From the human T2T-CHM13v2.0 reference genome, Homo sapiens, in assembly GCF_009914755.1 (NCBI RefSeq), contig NC_060929.1: 64,000 nt of DNA; one strand, given 5' to 3'. The notes beneath the pieces were generated by a model that saw nothing but the letters and a program-made list of their open reading frames with translations, did not search any database and was not told the origin of the DNA. A program made the position numbers and the translations under genes. Below, piece by piece: positions 30,348-46,584 of the stretch. Positions within the stretch are counted from its first letter, which is position 1. Each line of letters begins with the position of its first letter.

Positions 30348-31389
30348 GTATTCCCCTTAAGCTTTTAATAGGAAGTTGGTTATGCTTATGTTTATCTTTC
30401 AGTGGAACTAGCACACGGCTAAGGACCTTAAACTTTCTAAACAATCATTTGTTTGGATGTAATTTACATAACTTACAATTTTAAACTCAAAACTTTTCAT
30501 GCTTTCAAAGACAAGGCTTTGAAAAATGGAAAATATGCATTACATTTATTTTGTAACACTATCTTTATCCTATTAGAGCACAGAAACACATTACTAGAAG
30601 CATAACAAAAAACAACAGGAAATTAATTATGGAATAGTCTTATCTTCTAAAAGTAGCTGCTACAGAAAAAAAAAAAAACCTTCTGCAGGAAATGGTCATA
30701 ATTTGGAACACTAAAATTCTATCCACTGAATGGAAGTAACCTTATCTTATACCATTCTGAACATATTATTGCCAATTTCCTTGCATGTTTTTAAATGTAA
30801 CCACTAGAAGACTTAGAATACACCTGTAATTTATGATAGGATAATGTTTATGCTAACCTCTGTTTCCATAGTAGTATTGCTATATTCTTGAGATAAAGAT
30901 AAACCTTATGTTTATAAGGTTAGAGACATTTAGTCTGTTATCTTAAATTATTATACATATTTTCCTCATTTATTTATATGTTTCAATTGCGTTAAAATGT
31001 TTAGAGATTATATTATTTACAAACATACATGGCCCTAATAAATGCTGAGATGTTTATAATTAAGGTTAGACCATAAAAAATGTAGACTATTGTTGGCAAC
31101 AAAGTCATGGAGTGAAGGAACTATGGCTAGCAACAAATATCTAAGTGTGATAGTTTATTATATTTTCATTGTTGCTTTTTTCATGTGAACACATTTAGAA
31201 AACAATATCATCTCCATTATCTCTAAGTATTCCTTTCCAACATTCATAGGTTCTGTTACATCTATTTTAATATTTTTTGCTACATATGAATATTTACAGT
31301 ATTCTTCATTCTGTACAATATTTTTCTTCCTTCCATTAATTTATATATACTCAACATATATATACATACACACATATATTTTTTCTTCA

Positions 31390-32100
31390 GAACTTCCCAC
31401 ACAATCTTGCTATTAGCCAAGAAACTCACTTTCAAACAAAATAATAAGAAAAAGTCTGATACCCATGCAACTCTTCATTGATCTTATAATGTAATTCATT
31501 AAATGAAAGTAGTTCGTGATATATAGAAAAGTGGGATGGCCCAAGAAGATTCAAGTGCAGAGCTATCTGGACAATTCAACTATATGAAACTGGGAGGCTA
31601 CCCTATAGAGTGCTGTGTATGCTTAAAGTCAATGAACAATATTTCTCTTTTATTACATATACTTTCCCACTTGAAAAAGATTTCTTAATCTCCGGGAATC
31701 TTAATTAGAGATTCCATGTCCAAAGGAAAAAAAATATTTCTACTTGGTGAAAAACAGTGCTTTTATTTAAGTAAGAGTTAACATTGCAACTGGAACAATT
31801 TAAGCTTCTGATTCACCTAGACAACATATTTTTTAAAGTGGCCTACGATGAGTATTTGGGTAAACAATTCTGCCTCTCAGAGGAAAATAAGGTTGCTGCT
31901 ACAAAATGGAGTTTGTGCAAACATGTGCTGGCAAGTCTTGTGAATGATTAGAATCCTCAGAAATTAGTGGGAATCAAAAAGAAATTTTAAAAACCACAGA
32001 AAGTAGCAAAAGGCAAGAGCTGTGTTTTTTACAAGAGGTGAAAGACTCATGGGATGAATCATGTAGGAACAAAGGTTTAGATACCATTGATAGCTCTGGG
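31390..32100 (+). mobile_element. Ancient ERVL integrase and downstream pol remnant
   Basis: Decayed translation PHNLAISQETHF / H*SYNV / IEKWDG / AVYA, resembling ERVL IN PHSIASDQGTHF / HWSYHV / IERWNG / AVYALNQ. Confidence 0.6.
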
Positions 32101-32488
32101 ACCAGTTGCACATTTCATGTACATGTAAATAGCCTTATGATTTCGCTCAGAAATAACAAAGCACAGAGACCAAATTTGATGAGTTCCAGGGAAAAACAAT
32201 TCAGTAAATCAAGATTTTAGATTTGGAAGTATAAAGAGTAATTGATGATATTTGAGTTGTCTTTTTCAAGTGAAGCTGTGTGCTTTTGGTTACATAATGG
32301 GTAGTCATGCTATGATAGAAAAAATATTTCTTTGAGAAGGAGAAATATGAAAAGGGGTATATGCATGAAGGAGAGTCAAAAGCTATCCTTCAAGTTGATC
32401 TTTGAGGAAATTTTAATCAGAATATATCCTGTGCCCAATTTCTATACTTGAGTATCATAACATTGTGTGAATTTTCATCAGCATAGGG

Positions 32489-33096
32489 CATTATTTCTTT
32501 TACAAGTGGTCAATTACTTTTTTTAGAAAAACAAAAGTTTACAATTTATGTCATAGGCAGAATATCACGAATTTAACAAATTAGTAATACAGACTTTCAA
32601 ATACCTTTATAAATTAGTGCAAAGTAGAAAATTATTTTTTGTCCACTCTTGGACTCAAGACACATTCAGAAAAAATACACATTTATAAAAATAAAATGGC
32701 AAGGCTAATCCCACCAATTAATTGACAGTGTTATTATCTCACACTGGTTTATTTGAACACTTAATCCATAATAAGAATAGCTGAATGTATTTTTTCCTGT
32801 TCTACCTCCATGTTATATGAAGCAATTATTAAACTATTTAAGTTACTTTTTGCAAAACCAAAATAAAAAAGGTCCCAAAGCAAAACACACAAAAAAATTA
32901 CTAACAAAATCCACAAAACAAAAACAATACAGCTAATTTAACTACTCATATAGGCCCTTCCTTCAATTCCTTGACATTTGGCATGTTAATATTATTTCTA
33001 AACCAGATACCAGGAAGCAACTATGTATGAGGAAGAAAACGAATATTTTAGGTATAATACATATTAAACATGTTTCAGATAATAGTAGCTAGAAAA
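32489..33096 (-). pseudogene. Copy 1 of an unidentified 3'UTR-like retrocopy fragment
   Basis: Co-linear, roughly 85% identical by eye to 54579-55183; starts at a degraded T-tract; I recognise no repeat family. Confidence 0.55.
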
Positions 33097-34707
33097 TTGA
33101 TGTTGAAAAGTGGGGCATTGCTATAAAGATACCTGAAAATGTGGAAGCAGCTATGGAACTGGGTAATGGGTAGAGGTTGGAAGAGTTTAGAGGGCTCTGA
33201 AGAAGGAAGATGAGGAAAAGTTTGGAAGTTCTTAGAGACTGGTTAAATGATTGTGGCCAAAATGCTGAAAGAAATATGGGCAATGAACTCCAGTGTGATG
33301 AAGTCTCAGATGGAAATGAAAAAGTAACTGAGAACTGGAGTAAAGATCAGCCTTTTTACACCTTAGCAAAAACTTGGCTGCACTGTGTTCATGCCCTAGA
33401 GATTTGCAGAAGGTTGAACCTAAGAGTAATACCCTCAGGCATCTGGCAGAATAAATTTCTGAGCAGCAAAGCATTCAAGATGTGATGTTGCTGTTTCTAA
33501 CAACCTATTATCAGATGTGGGAGCAAAGGAATGACTTAAAGTTGGAACTTACAATTAAAGGGAAGCAAAGCACAAAAATTTGGAACATTTACCACTTAGC
33601 CATGTGGTATAGAAGGAAAAAGCGTTTTCAGTAGATGAATTCAAGCAGGCTGTAGAGCAAACACTTGCTAGGGAAATTAGCATGAATAACAGGAATCCAA
33701 GTGCTAATAGCCAAGACAATGAGAAAAAGGCCTCAAAGGCATTTCAAAGTCTTTGAGGCAGCCCCTTCCATCACAGGCCCAGAGGCTTAGGAGGAAATAA
33801 TGTTTTTCAGGGGCCAGGCCCAAGGCCCTGTTGTCTTTACAGCCTTGAGACACTGCTCCCCATATGTCTGCATCTCTAACTCCAGCCATGGCTCAAAGCT
33901 CCCCAACTATAGTTTGGCATGATGCTACAGAGGGCACAAACCATAAGCCTTTGTGGCTTCTACGTGGTGTAGTGTTAAGTCTGCAGGTGTGCAGAATGCA
34001 AGAGTGATGGAGGCTTAGCAGCCTACTCCTTGATTTCAGATGTACGGGAAAGTCTAAGTGCCCAGGCAAAAGCCTGCCACAGGTGCAGAGCCCCTACAGA
34101 GAGACGCAAAGAGGGCAGTGCCAATGATAAAGAGGGGATCGGAGCCCCCACACAGAGTTTCCACCAGGGCATTGACTAGTGGAGTTGTGGGAATCATGCT
34201 GCCACCCTCCTCCAGACCTAAGAATGGTAGAGCCACCAGCTGGTTGCACCTTGAACCTAGAAAAGCCACAGCCACTCAACTCTAACCTGTGAGAGCAGCC
34301 ACAGGGACGGAGGTGCACCCTGCAAAGCCACCCTGCAAAGCCACAGGGACAGAGGTGCACAAGGCCTTGGGAGCCCACCCCTTGCACCAATGTGCCCTGG
34401 ATGTTGGACATGGAGTCAAGGATTATTTTGGAGCTTGAAGGTTTAATGTCTGTCATGCAGTGTTTTGGACTTATGTGGGGCCTATTCTCCCTTTTTATAT
34501 GCTGATTTCTCCCTTTTGAAATGGGAATGTTTATCCAATATCTGTACCACCATTGTATCTTAAGTAAATAACTAAAAAAAAATACAGGTTCATAGGTGGT
34601 AGGAACTTGTCTTGAGTCTCAGATGAGACTTTGAACTTTGGTCTTTTGAGTTAACGCAAGGAAGAGGTAAGACTTTGGGGAAATATGGATAAGGAATTGT
34701 TGTATTC
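33091..34707 (+). mobile_element. MST (MSTB-like) internal region lacking its 5' LTR
   Basis: gaaaatt..gtggggcattgctataaagatacctgaaaatgtggaagc start of the MaLR internal region. Confidence 0.88.
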
Positions 34708-35171
34708 TGAAAGGAAAATGAGTCTTCATGTCCCCAAATGACTAAAAGGGAAAAGTCAAGCTGGGAACTGCTTAGGACCAACCTGCCTCCCCTTCTATTC
34801 GAAGTCACCCCTCTGCTCACTGAGATCAATGTATATCTGATTGTCTCCTTTGGAGAGGCTAATCAGAAACTTAAAATAATTCAATCATTTGTCTCTTTTC
34901 TACCTATCACCTGGAAGCCCCCTCCCCACTTTGAGTCTTCCCACCTTTGCTTCGAGTTGTCCTGCCTTTCCAGACCAAACCAAAGTTCATCTTGCATATG
35001 GCGATTGATGTCTTATGTCTCCCTAGAATGTCTTAAACCAAACTGTGCTCTGACCACCTTGGGCACATGTCATCAGAATCTCAAGGCTGTGTCATGGGCA
35101 TGCATTCTCAACCTTGGCAAAATAAATTTTATAAGTTAACTGAGACCTGTCTCAGATTTTTGGGGTTCACA
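34708..35171 (+). mobile_element. MER4A-like LTR (ERV1)
   Basis: tgaaaggaaaat..agggaaaagtcaagctgggaactgcttagg...ggggttcaca, followed by a PBS-like tttggtaac. Confidence 0.9.
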
Positions 35172-35833
35172 TTTTGGTAACTATGAAGGGATCCTGAGTG
35201 GAGATGTCCCTGACCTTTGACAAATCTCCTATCAGTGCTTGGTACCAGCATGAGTTAGCCATATGGCTCAAACCAATAGGACAATTTGCCAAGGTCTGAG
35301 AGCACCCACTCCAGAGAATCCATGAAATCCCAAAATTTGGTTGAGACCTAATGTTTACTTTGCTGTACAATTCCTCTTTTTTTTGGAGTTTTACTTGTTT
35401 CCAAAAGGAAGGCAAGATTTCCTGTTTCCATGAAGAAAGAAGACAGGTAACTCCATTATGGAGTTTGAGCTCACTTCCAACAGGGAAGATGAGTTTTTTT
35501 TTTTTTTCCTCCACTTCTAGGATGGTGGAGAGCTGTCTACAGCCTGAGTCCCATCCCTAGGTAAGAAACTGAATTAGGGTTAGTCTTGGCTAAAGTTGAG
35601 ATTAACAACCAGCTGATCTTAATTTCCTCTTACCATTGTAGTGTTCAGTGATCATGTAAGTTATGCCACTGTTTGTTTTGCTTAACTGCTTTTTTGTTGT
35701 TGTTTGTTTCTGTTTTTGCTGTTTTCGTCTTTTTCCCATTGGGTTTGATTAACTCTATCCAATTTGATCAAATCCAAATAAAGGAAAAGAAAGTTCCAAA
35801 TTATGAGGAGCAAGGCCTCTGAAGTGGCTAAAT

Positions 35834-35834
<1 letters not shown>

Positions 35835-35902
<68 letters not shown>
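35835..35902. repeat. Compound (CT)n(CA)n microsatellite
   Basis: Seen directly. Confidence 0.95.
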
Positions 35903-36827
35903 ATAAAGGGTGGTAGGTGGTGTGCTAGGCGAAAAAGAAAAGAGGACATATTTTTTTATTTTGACTCCTAAAGGGGTTTTATTTATATAACAAGGCCACC
36001 TTTTTGCTAGCCAGACCAAACTGAAAGGAATGGCTGTCACCCCACACTGCAGTTCGATAGCTAAGGTTCTGCCTTCCCTCTGTTCCACCAAAACAGTCTG
36101 GCTTTGATTCCTCAATCAAGCCCTTTTTGGTTTGATACTTGGTACTTCTGAAATAGCAGCAATTTGTCCTAGCTGAAATATAGTAATGAGATTTTAAAAG
36201 ACGTTTTTTAAAAAAAGGAGCTCAATGGTTAAAAGTCAGCTTAATTAAAAGCTAACATCCAAGATGTGTGTGTGTGTTTGTGTGTGTATCTGTGCATGTT
36301 TGTATTTAAAAGACCTTCATGTTTGTTTTTTTCTCTCCCAGGACCTTGTCTTCCTTTTGAGCAAAAGTTTGTTTTCTTCTCCGTTGACTGAATTCTGTTT
36401 TCTTCATTAATAACTATTGCAACAGAGGCTACTCTAGGGTTTTAAAAGAAGAGTGTAGTTTAGACACTTAGAAAAGCCTTTGTCAGAAAAAAAAAATTAA
36501 GTGCACTGTAAAAGCATCATGTGGTCTAACCTCAAAATAATTCTTCCTTTTTGGAGACCCAGGATTCAGTCTGGGTTCTGCCCAGAGCTCAGAGATCCAG
36601 ATAAAAGATAGGTAGTCCTTATGTAAATAAAATTGATCTCCTTACACAATCCTATGATAAATTTCTATAATTTTATGTTTGATTTTGTATCCCTCTTTAA
36701 TCTCCCTCTAGCACCACCAGACTTTTTTTCTCTGTACTTTATGATGTAAATTTTGCTATTTGATTTTCACCTGAGTTGTTTCTTTCAATATGCAAATTTA
36801 AGACTATTTAGCTGACAACTGCCTAGG

Positions 36828-37325
36828 GTTGTGAAACAGGTTTTCAATAATCTGATAGTCTAAGATGCAAAAAGAAAAGGTCTTTATGAATCTATAAGAT
36901 GTACTTCTATCAGCATGCCTAAAACATCTATATATTTATGTGTTGTATACACAATGTTTCACTACTTAAAATATATATATAAGCATTAATTAATTGGCTT
37001 AAAGAAAAATATAAGTGCTTAAATCAAACACTTTATCAGAAAAAGGAAAGACTAGTCAAATGCTTTTTCAAGTTTATGTTGTGAAACAGGTTTTCAAGAA
37101 TCTGATAGTCTAAGATGTGAAAAGAAAAGGTCTTTATGAATCTATAAGATGTACTTCTATCAGTATGCCTAAAACATCTATATATTTATGTGTTGTGTAC
37201 ACAATGTTTCACTACTTAAAATATATATAAGCATTAATTAATTGGCTTAAAGAAAAATATAAGTGCTTAAATCAAATACTTTATCAGAAAAAGGAAAGAC
37301 TAGTCAAATGCTTTTTCAAGTTTAT
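36828..37325. repeat. Tandem duplication of ~250 bp (36828-37077, 37078-37325)
   Basis: Two head-to-tail copies with about 6 substitutions and one 2-bp (AT) indel. Confidence 0.97.
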
Positions 37326-37894
37326 GTTACTTAAGTAAAATCTTTAATAAATAAGCAAGCTTTAAAATTATGGGTAAAATGATACTAGAAATGTCTTAAG
37401 AATTACCAGCATACATTTTTGTTTGCATTTATTAATCAAGTAATTTCATACGTATCCCTGCCAAATACTATAAGTTGTCAAAATTTGGCACAGGGGTTAC
37501 AAAATTATAAACCCAGCCCAAGACAGAATGATCTTTGCTTGTGTAATCTTTAATAACATTGATATTGGTTTAATGAAAATAGCTACACCCTGAATTATTT
37601 AGTAAAATTACCGTAACTTCTAATCTTATGGGTTTAGGCAGTCTAGTCCACAGGCAGTAAAAAGGTTTGTTTTGGGAAAGAACTGTTATCATATTTGTTT
37701 CAAAGCTGAACTATAAGTTCCTTCCAAAGTACAAGAATAAACAAGGACAGTTTGGAGGTTAGAAGCAAGATGGAGTCATTTAGGTCATACCTTTTTCACT
37801 GTCTCAGTTAGAATTTTGCAATGGCAAGTTTCATAACTTTAAATCAGCCATAAACAGATGCTCTTGAATTCAGGTTTCTGGTATCATTGGAAAT

Positions 37895-38148
37895 TAGATG
37901 AGAGAGCTGGTTGGTTAACAGGGCCTGGGACCTCCTTCCTTTCTCTCTTACTCCCTCTCTCACCATGTGACATACCCCTTCACTTTCCACCATGATTGGA
38001 AGCTTCTTGAAGTCTCATTAGAAAGCCAATGCTGGTGCCGTGCTTCTGATATAGCCTGCAGAGCTGTGAGCCAAATAAACCTCCTTTTAAATAAATTACC
38101 CACCTTCAAGTATTCCTTTATAGCACATTGTAAAACATACTAATGTAC
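37895..38148 (+). mobile_element. 3' half of an MSTB LTR
   Basis: ccatgattggaagcttcttga..gctggtgcc..agcctgcagagctgtgagccaaataaacctc..gtattcctttatagca. Confidence 0.85.
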
Positions 38149-39524
38149 CACTTGAAATAACTGAGACACTATTGCAACAGCATCCTGTACTTCCAGCAGC
38201 TGTTCCAGCAATGATGCAATGCCACCACAATTATTAGACCAGTCTTTTGGCTACAGTTCCAGATATTGATTTACTGTGGATATCTGTCCTGTTATCAATC
38301 TGTCTCTTCTGGTGCCTACAGAACAATTTTCAAAGACACTCCTTTTACGCTTTGTTATGCTTTCAGATACATACATACATATACATACCCATACATATAT
38401 GCATGCACTGAAATGTATACATATGTGTATATTATATGTAGATACCCACACTTTCAGAATCTAAACTTACATTTAAAATGTAATAGAAAAGGCCAAAAAC
38501 TGTTACATTAGCACAAATTACACCAAGTAATTTGAAACACATTCACTCATCACGCTATTAAAGTTGGGCAATTAACTCTTCTGTGTTTTTGCCTGAAAAC
38601 GTAATATGTTATATTATGAGGTCTTTGGAAGTCCTCCTGTATTCACTGCACTGTTTAATAAACAAAATTGAGTTTGAAGTGGTTTCCTATTAATTTTGAT
38701 CCTTAAGTTAAATGGTATTTGTAAACAGAAACTCTTGATAAAAAGATTGTATTAGATTTAAAATTATTAAAAATTTCCAATTTAAATGATTACTTTCTAT
38801 CTGAGTAGTTTATTTTTTTATAAACTGAATATTGAATTGATGGTAGTTAATGACATTCATTGAAGGGGAAGGACTCTTCACTGGCAATGTTGAGAAACTA
38901 ACTTTATTAACATACATTTGGAAAATTTTCCAGATATTAGAATACATTATTCATCTAAGACTCTAAAAGATGTGTTTTATTCATGCTGCTATTGCTATGA
39001 ATTCAAAACCCAATTAATATGCGTCATCTGCTGTATTACAAAAGGCAAGCAACATATATATCATTTTTATTTATGTGTAACTTAAAGTAAGATGTTAAAG
39101 AGTGCTATGTTCTATTGCGGAGAAGCAGTGGCATGAAATGAGGAAAATATATGTGAATGCTGTCCATTTATGTTTAAAGATAAGCTATACTTTGGTAGAT
39201 ATGTCTAAAATAATGTGTTTTCTAAGTAGAGTAACTAGATAAGGAATTAGGTTGATAATTTCCATTTCAAAAGCAGGCTGCCTTGAGCTAGGCTAAATGA
39301 TTGATTTCAAAGCAAAATAGAAAAGCCGAATATGACTTGTCTTTTGGCATCAGAAAAGACCAACATATCAGGGATAAGTATGTGTTTAAATAAACTTTCT
39401 TGAGTTGTCTTTATATTCACTAAAATACAATAAATAGAGGCTGAGGCCTTCACTTTGGTGTGCCTAGTGGTGTAATTAAATTCTGTAGCTGGGCTATAGG
39501 TTGTTTTAAATATTGTAAAAGCTG

Positions 39525-39600
39525 GTAGGTTGGGTAATTATTAATAATTTAAGCACTTTGATCCTCAGTTTCTTCATCTGTAAAGAAAGAAAATTTAGAA
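39525..39600 (+). mobile_element. MIR fragment
   Basis: cctcagtttcttcatctgtaaa core. Confidence 0.6.
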
Positions 39601-39689
39601 CACACTGTCTACATTATTTTGGCTTTGATATGAGGCAATGGATCAAGATTGTGAAAATTTTAAAAAGACTTATTTTCATTTAAATTTCT

Positions 39690-41690
<2,001 letters not shown>

Positions 41691-42501
41691 TATTTTCATC
41701 TAAATTTCTATATTTAGATTAATATTATTCAACTGCAAATTCAAAATAAAAAGATACTAAGATACAGAAGCACTCAGGAAGTACATTATCCAGGCATCAA
41801 CTTTTCTAAAAATCTAATTGAGGAAGTGATTTCATACACATTATGAAAATGCAAAAGTGAACCACAAATAAAGTTTGATAAACTGAGATATCTTTGAATG
41901 ATGGTAAGTCTAAGTCAAGCTTCATAATGTGGAGACTTGTAAATTTTACATAAAATTATTTAAAAATAGGAAATGTATTTTGAGAAAAATAACATTATGG
42001 AATTAAAATTCTATATAATTTTATCAGAACTTTGGGGAATTGAAGATTAGGAAATAATTATCTTAATCTATGTTTTCATGTTCCTTTGTCTTGTTTTCTT
42101 CAGAAACTTTTACTATCAATTTTTATTCCCAACACCTACATAGCCATATTTTATACTATATTTGGAGCTATTCATTGGCCCTTGGATATCCTCAAATTTA
42201 TGTTAAAAGCAAAAATAAAGCCAACTGAAAAAAATGCTTTTTTCATTTACATGTACTCCTCAGCTACTTTTTAAAAATTTCACTCTTTTTCACAAACTTT
42301 TTAGAGAAATAACTCTATTCACTCTCTCTAAGATACTATAGAAAACTGGAAATTATGTTAACAGATAACCTACAAGAGAAAAAAACAAATATAAATAGCT
42401 AATATAAATACAAAATATTTCAAATCTCATTAGATCTCAGGAAAAGTACATCAAAGATATATACATAACTTTTTTATAACTAATCTTTTAAATCAATTTT
42501 T

Positions 42502-42812
<311 letters not shown>

Positions 42813-43061
42813 GTAAATCAATTTTTTTAAATTATGGTCTTAATCAGGCTGAATGAGCGACCATGTAGCTGCTCTTTTCTATCTGGTCAGCTGTCCCTGA
42901 TCTTTCTTGGGATGGACAGGCTCTGGCTCAAATATGTTTCACTTTAATAGTGCCTTACCTAACTAAGAAGCAGTCGGTACATAGTTGACATATTTTTAAT
43001 GGGCTACCTAAAACATATATTTTTGTGCCAATCTGTATCTAGGGTACTAAGGGCTAATATG

Positions 43062-43205
43062 TCATAATTTAACTAATTTCATTGCTTTTGCCTACCAAAA
43101 ATAGCTCTTTACCAACCAAAAATGTATGGATCCTCATAATGTAACTAACATTATTGGTTTTGCCTACCCAAAATAATTCTTTACCAACCCAGAATGCATG
43201 GATCC
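43062..43205. repeat. Diverged 72-bp tandem duplication
   Basis: Two copies of tcataat..ttttgcctacc..ctttaccaacc..atggatcc. Confidence 0.9.
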
Positions 43206-44890
43206 TTGGAGACTTATTGTCTTGTCTCTATTGTCATATTCTAGAGTATATCATCTACAGTGTGTCAAGCTCTATGGACAGTTTCTGTATCAATCAGAAC
43301 TCTTGATTTTTACATATATACAACTCAAACTTAGCACAAAAGAAAATTATCTTGGAAGATTGTAGTGCTATTCACTGAAAGGAATAGCTAAAGTACTCAA
43401 CCGTAAGAAAGATGAGGAAAAAAGCAGCTCCAGAAACAATTGCAGACATTGCTAACAGTGACTTGAGCTTGGCCAGGACCCTCCATCACTCAGCTTTTCC
43501 TCTCTTTGATATTGGCCTTATTCTCTTCAGTAGAAAGTTGTTTTGCATACAATGTTATCAGTGCCACATAAATATTAGAACAGGCAATCCATGGTTTCCC
43601 TAGCCTCAAGGACATAGGTACAGATGAGAAGATTTATACAGTGCTCTTGGTACTTCTGAACCCTGCAGAAACACTGACCAGATGACTTGGATGAGATTGA
43701 AGGAGGTTTGACCAAGCTGGTAAGGTCACCGAACTCAAGAATCTCTGCTCAGTCCAGAAAATCTGAGAAGTAACTCAACAGCTTCCTCTTCTATAGCTGG
43801 TTCTTGTTCATACTCAGTTTTACAGGGTTCATTGTATTAATACATGACAAAATTAACACTCACAAATATTAATACATGCAATGTGTGCTGTCCTGGGAGG
43901 GTCAGAATCAAGTTATCCTATTTATGGGATATCTTCCTATACCAACTACTACAATATCAAATCTACTTTCTGCAAAGTACCAGAACAATAGCTGATAGGA
44001 GATAGGAGTTCGTTTATTTCCAACTTTGCCTTCTGGAAAATAGCCTTCTCTCATGTGAAAAATTCCAGAAAAACATGCTGAAGGACTGACTTGGTTTGCA
44101 TCCCTGCTCCTAGACAAATCACTCTTTCCAGATTTCTCCTCTTTCCAGAGGTGAAAGAGTCATGTATGACGATATAATAACAACTCCCTATAAGACCATA
44201 AGTAAAATGGGTAATGGGGAAGGGATAATTTTCTAAAAATAAGAGAACAGATTTTCCATGAGAAAGAATGGAGTCTAGGCAGAAAAAAGAAAAAAAAAAC
44301 AACAAAACCCCCCGCCCCAAAAAAACAACTACAGGAGATAGACTGAAAATACACAAAAAAGCTCAAAACACATAGAAAAGCATGACAACATAATTGCTGT
44401 GGACAGAAATTTCACTTGCACTGGAAAAAAAAAAAATTCAAGTTATATAATTACATCTTTATTTAGGGTCATTTAAATTCATTACATTTTTCTATGGCTA
44501 TCTTTTCTAATGAACTGATTTCATTATTTCTTCTCCTTAAGTAATTGTATTCAAACACAACATTCATAAAGCTATTATTTATTACTAAAGGAGAATTTAA
44601 CATATCCTATTGTTTAGTCCACCTGGGTAGGTGAGTATTCACAAGATGTGCTTATATTCACTTCTCTGTGCATCACAGGTAAAAAGAGTTTTCGACTGAT
44701 CAGTTAAGCATGAGTTGGTTATCTCAATGCTTTTCTATATGTACATGAATATTTACAGTTAAGAGAAAAAAATGACTTCAAAAGCTTTGATTGTACTATT
44801 TGCATTGAATGTTACACTCACTTAAAAATCAAGAATCGTGATAATTTTATTTAGAAATCATTCTTGGGCACTTTCACAAAAACTTACATT

Positions 44891-44976
44891 ATACCCTTTA
44901 ATCTTCATAATCATCAGTCATTATTTTAGAAAAATACCTTTTAATCTTCATAGTCATCAGTCATTATTTTAGAAAA
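44891..44976. repeat. 43-bp tandem duplication
   Basis: Two copies of atacc(c/t)tttaatcttcata(a/g)tcatcagtcattattttagaaaa. Confidence 0.92.
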
Positions 44977-45578
44977 AAAACACATATGAACTAACAGAAC
45001 CAAATTCTAGAAATAAAACATTTTTAAAGGTGTTTGATACAGTTTTGAAATACGAATGGCATAGAGAGAGCTGCTATTTTTGATATTTGTAGCTACTTAA
45101 TTTTTTTTCTCAAGCAAGCTGTAAAGGCCTCTTGCATAAGCTGAAGGTAGCAGAGATAATAAAATTCATTAAAGTACCATTTTCTCTCTTTAGAAACCAT
45201 TAGTTTCTGAGGCACTAATGACAAGTTGGCATTGCTCATAGATTTGAGGTTTACAGTTACTCAATTCCTACTAAGCTGATAAAGGCTAGGAGAAAATACA
45301 TAAAAATAAATGCATAGAAGTATGAATAATTTTATTTTGGTTATTTAAAAATGTTTATGTTAAATGTGCTTATCCATTGACCTAAATTTTTAACCTATTT
45401 CTTTTGGTATCTATGAACAAATAAGTGGGAAACCATTTAGAGGCAACTAAAGTCATTTGAACCTATAGTCTTCACTTTATATTTCAGGAGCAGACAAGGC
45501 CAGTTCTCTTCATCTCTTTTTTTTCTCCCTTTCTTCAGAAGAAGAGTTAAAGGGAGATGATAAGAATGGCCAAAAATA

Positions 45579-45614
45579 CACTCCAGCCTGGGTGACAAAG
45601 CAAGACTCTGTCTC

Positions 45615-45642
<28 letters not shown>
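45579..45642 (+). mobile_element. Extremely 5'-truncated Alu (36 nt plus A28)
   Basis: cactccagcctgggtgacaaagcaagactctgtctc + A28, flanked by ggccaaaaata on both sides. Confidence 0.9.
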
Positions 45643-45645
<3 letters not shown>

Positions 45646-45653
45646 CAAAAATA

Positions 45654-46081
<428 letters not shown>

Positions 46082-46584
46082 CTAAGTCATGATTTCAAGT
46101 GATGAAAAAGTTCCTGCCAGTGTTGATTACATAAAAGTGGACAAGGAAGAAAGAAACCTTTGTGTTTGTGTGGGTAAGGAAGTAAACAGTTCAGGAATAA
46201 AAATCAGAGATGGATGTAAATGTTTCTGAAAAGGAAATAAACTTACAGGGTGTTCAGATGCTATAATATTGCTAGAACTTGGGCCAACTGTAGGAACAGT
46301 TTAGCAGGTTTCCAGCAAGTTGGGTTTGACCCTCTTCCACATGATGTGTTGGTTCAGGAAGAAACTTTCCTTCTTGTCTTCAGTACTGAGACAATATCTG
46401 GAATAGTTCTGAATAGTAATATTTATTCCTCTAAATTGAAATCATAAATTTATTTATTTTTCTTTTCTCTATGCTGTGAGCTGCTTAAATCCAGAAAGGA
46501 TTTAATTTCTTTATTTCAAAGGTATGGTAGGTGCCCCTCTACCTCTTTTGTTTCTTTTGTCCAGGGGAAGAGTAAGGCTGGCAG

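Larger units (their letters stand above)
35172..37890 (+). mobile_element. MER4-group internal region, 3'-truncated
   Basis: Follows the MER4 LTR; typical MER4-int leader sequence; no 3' LTR. Confidence 0.8.

Noticed and set aside
43287-43800. Possible very old MLT1-type LTR
   Set aside because: Similarity too weak to call by eye.
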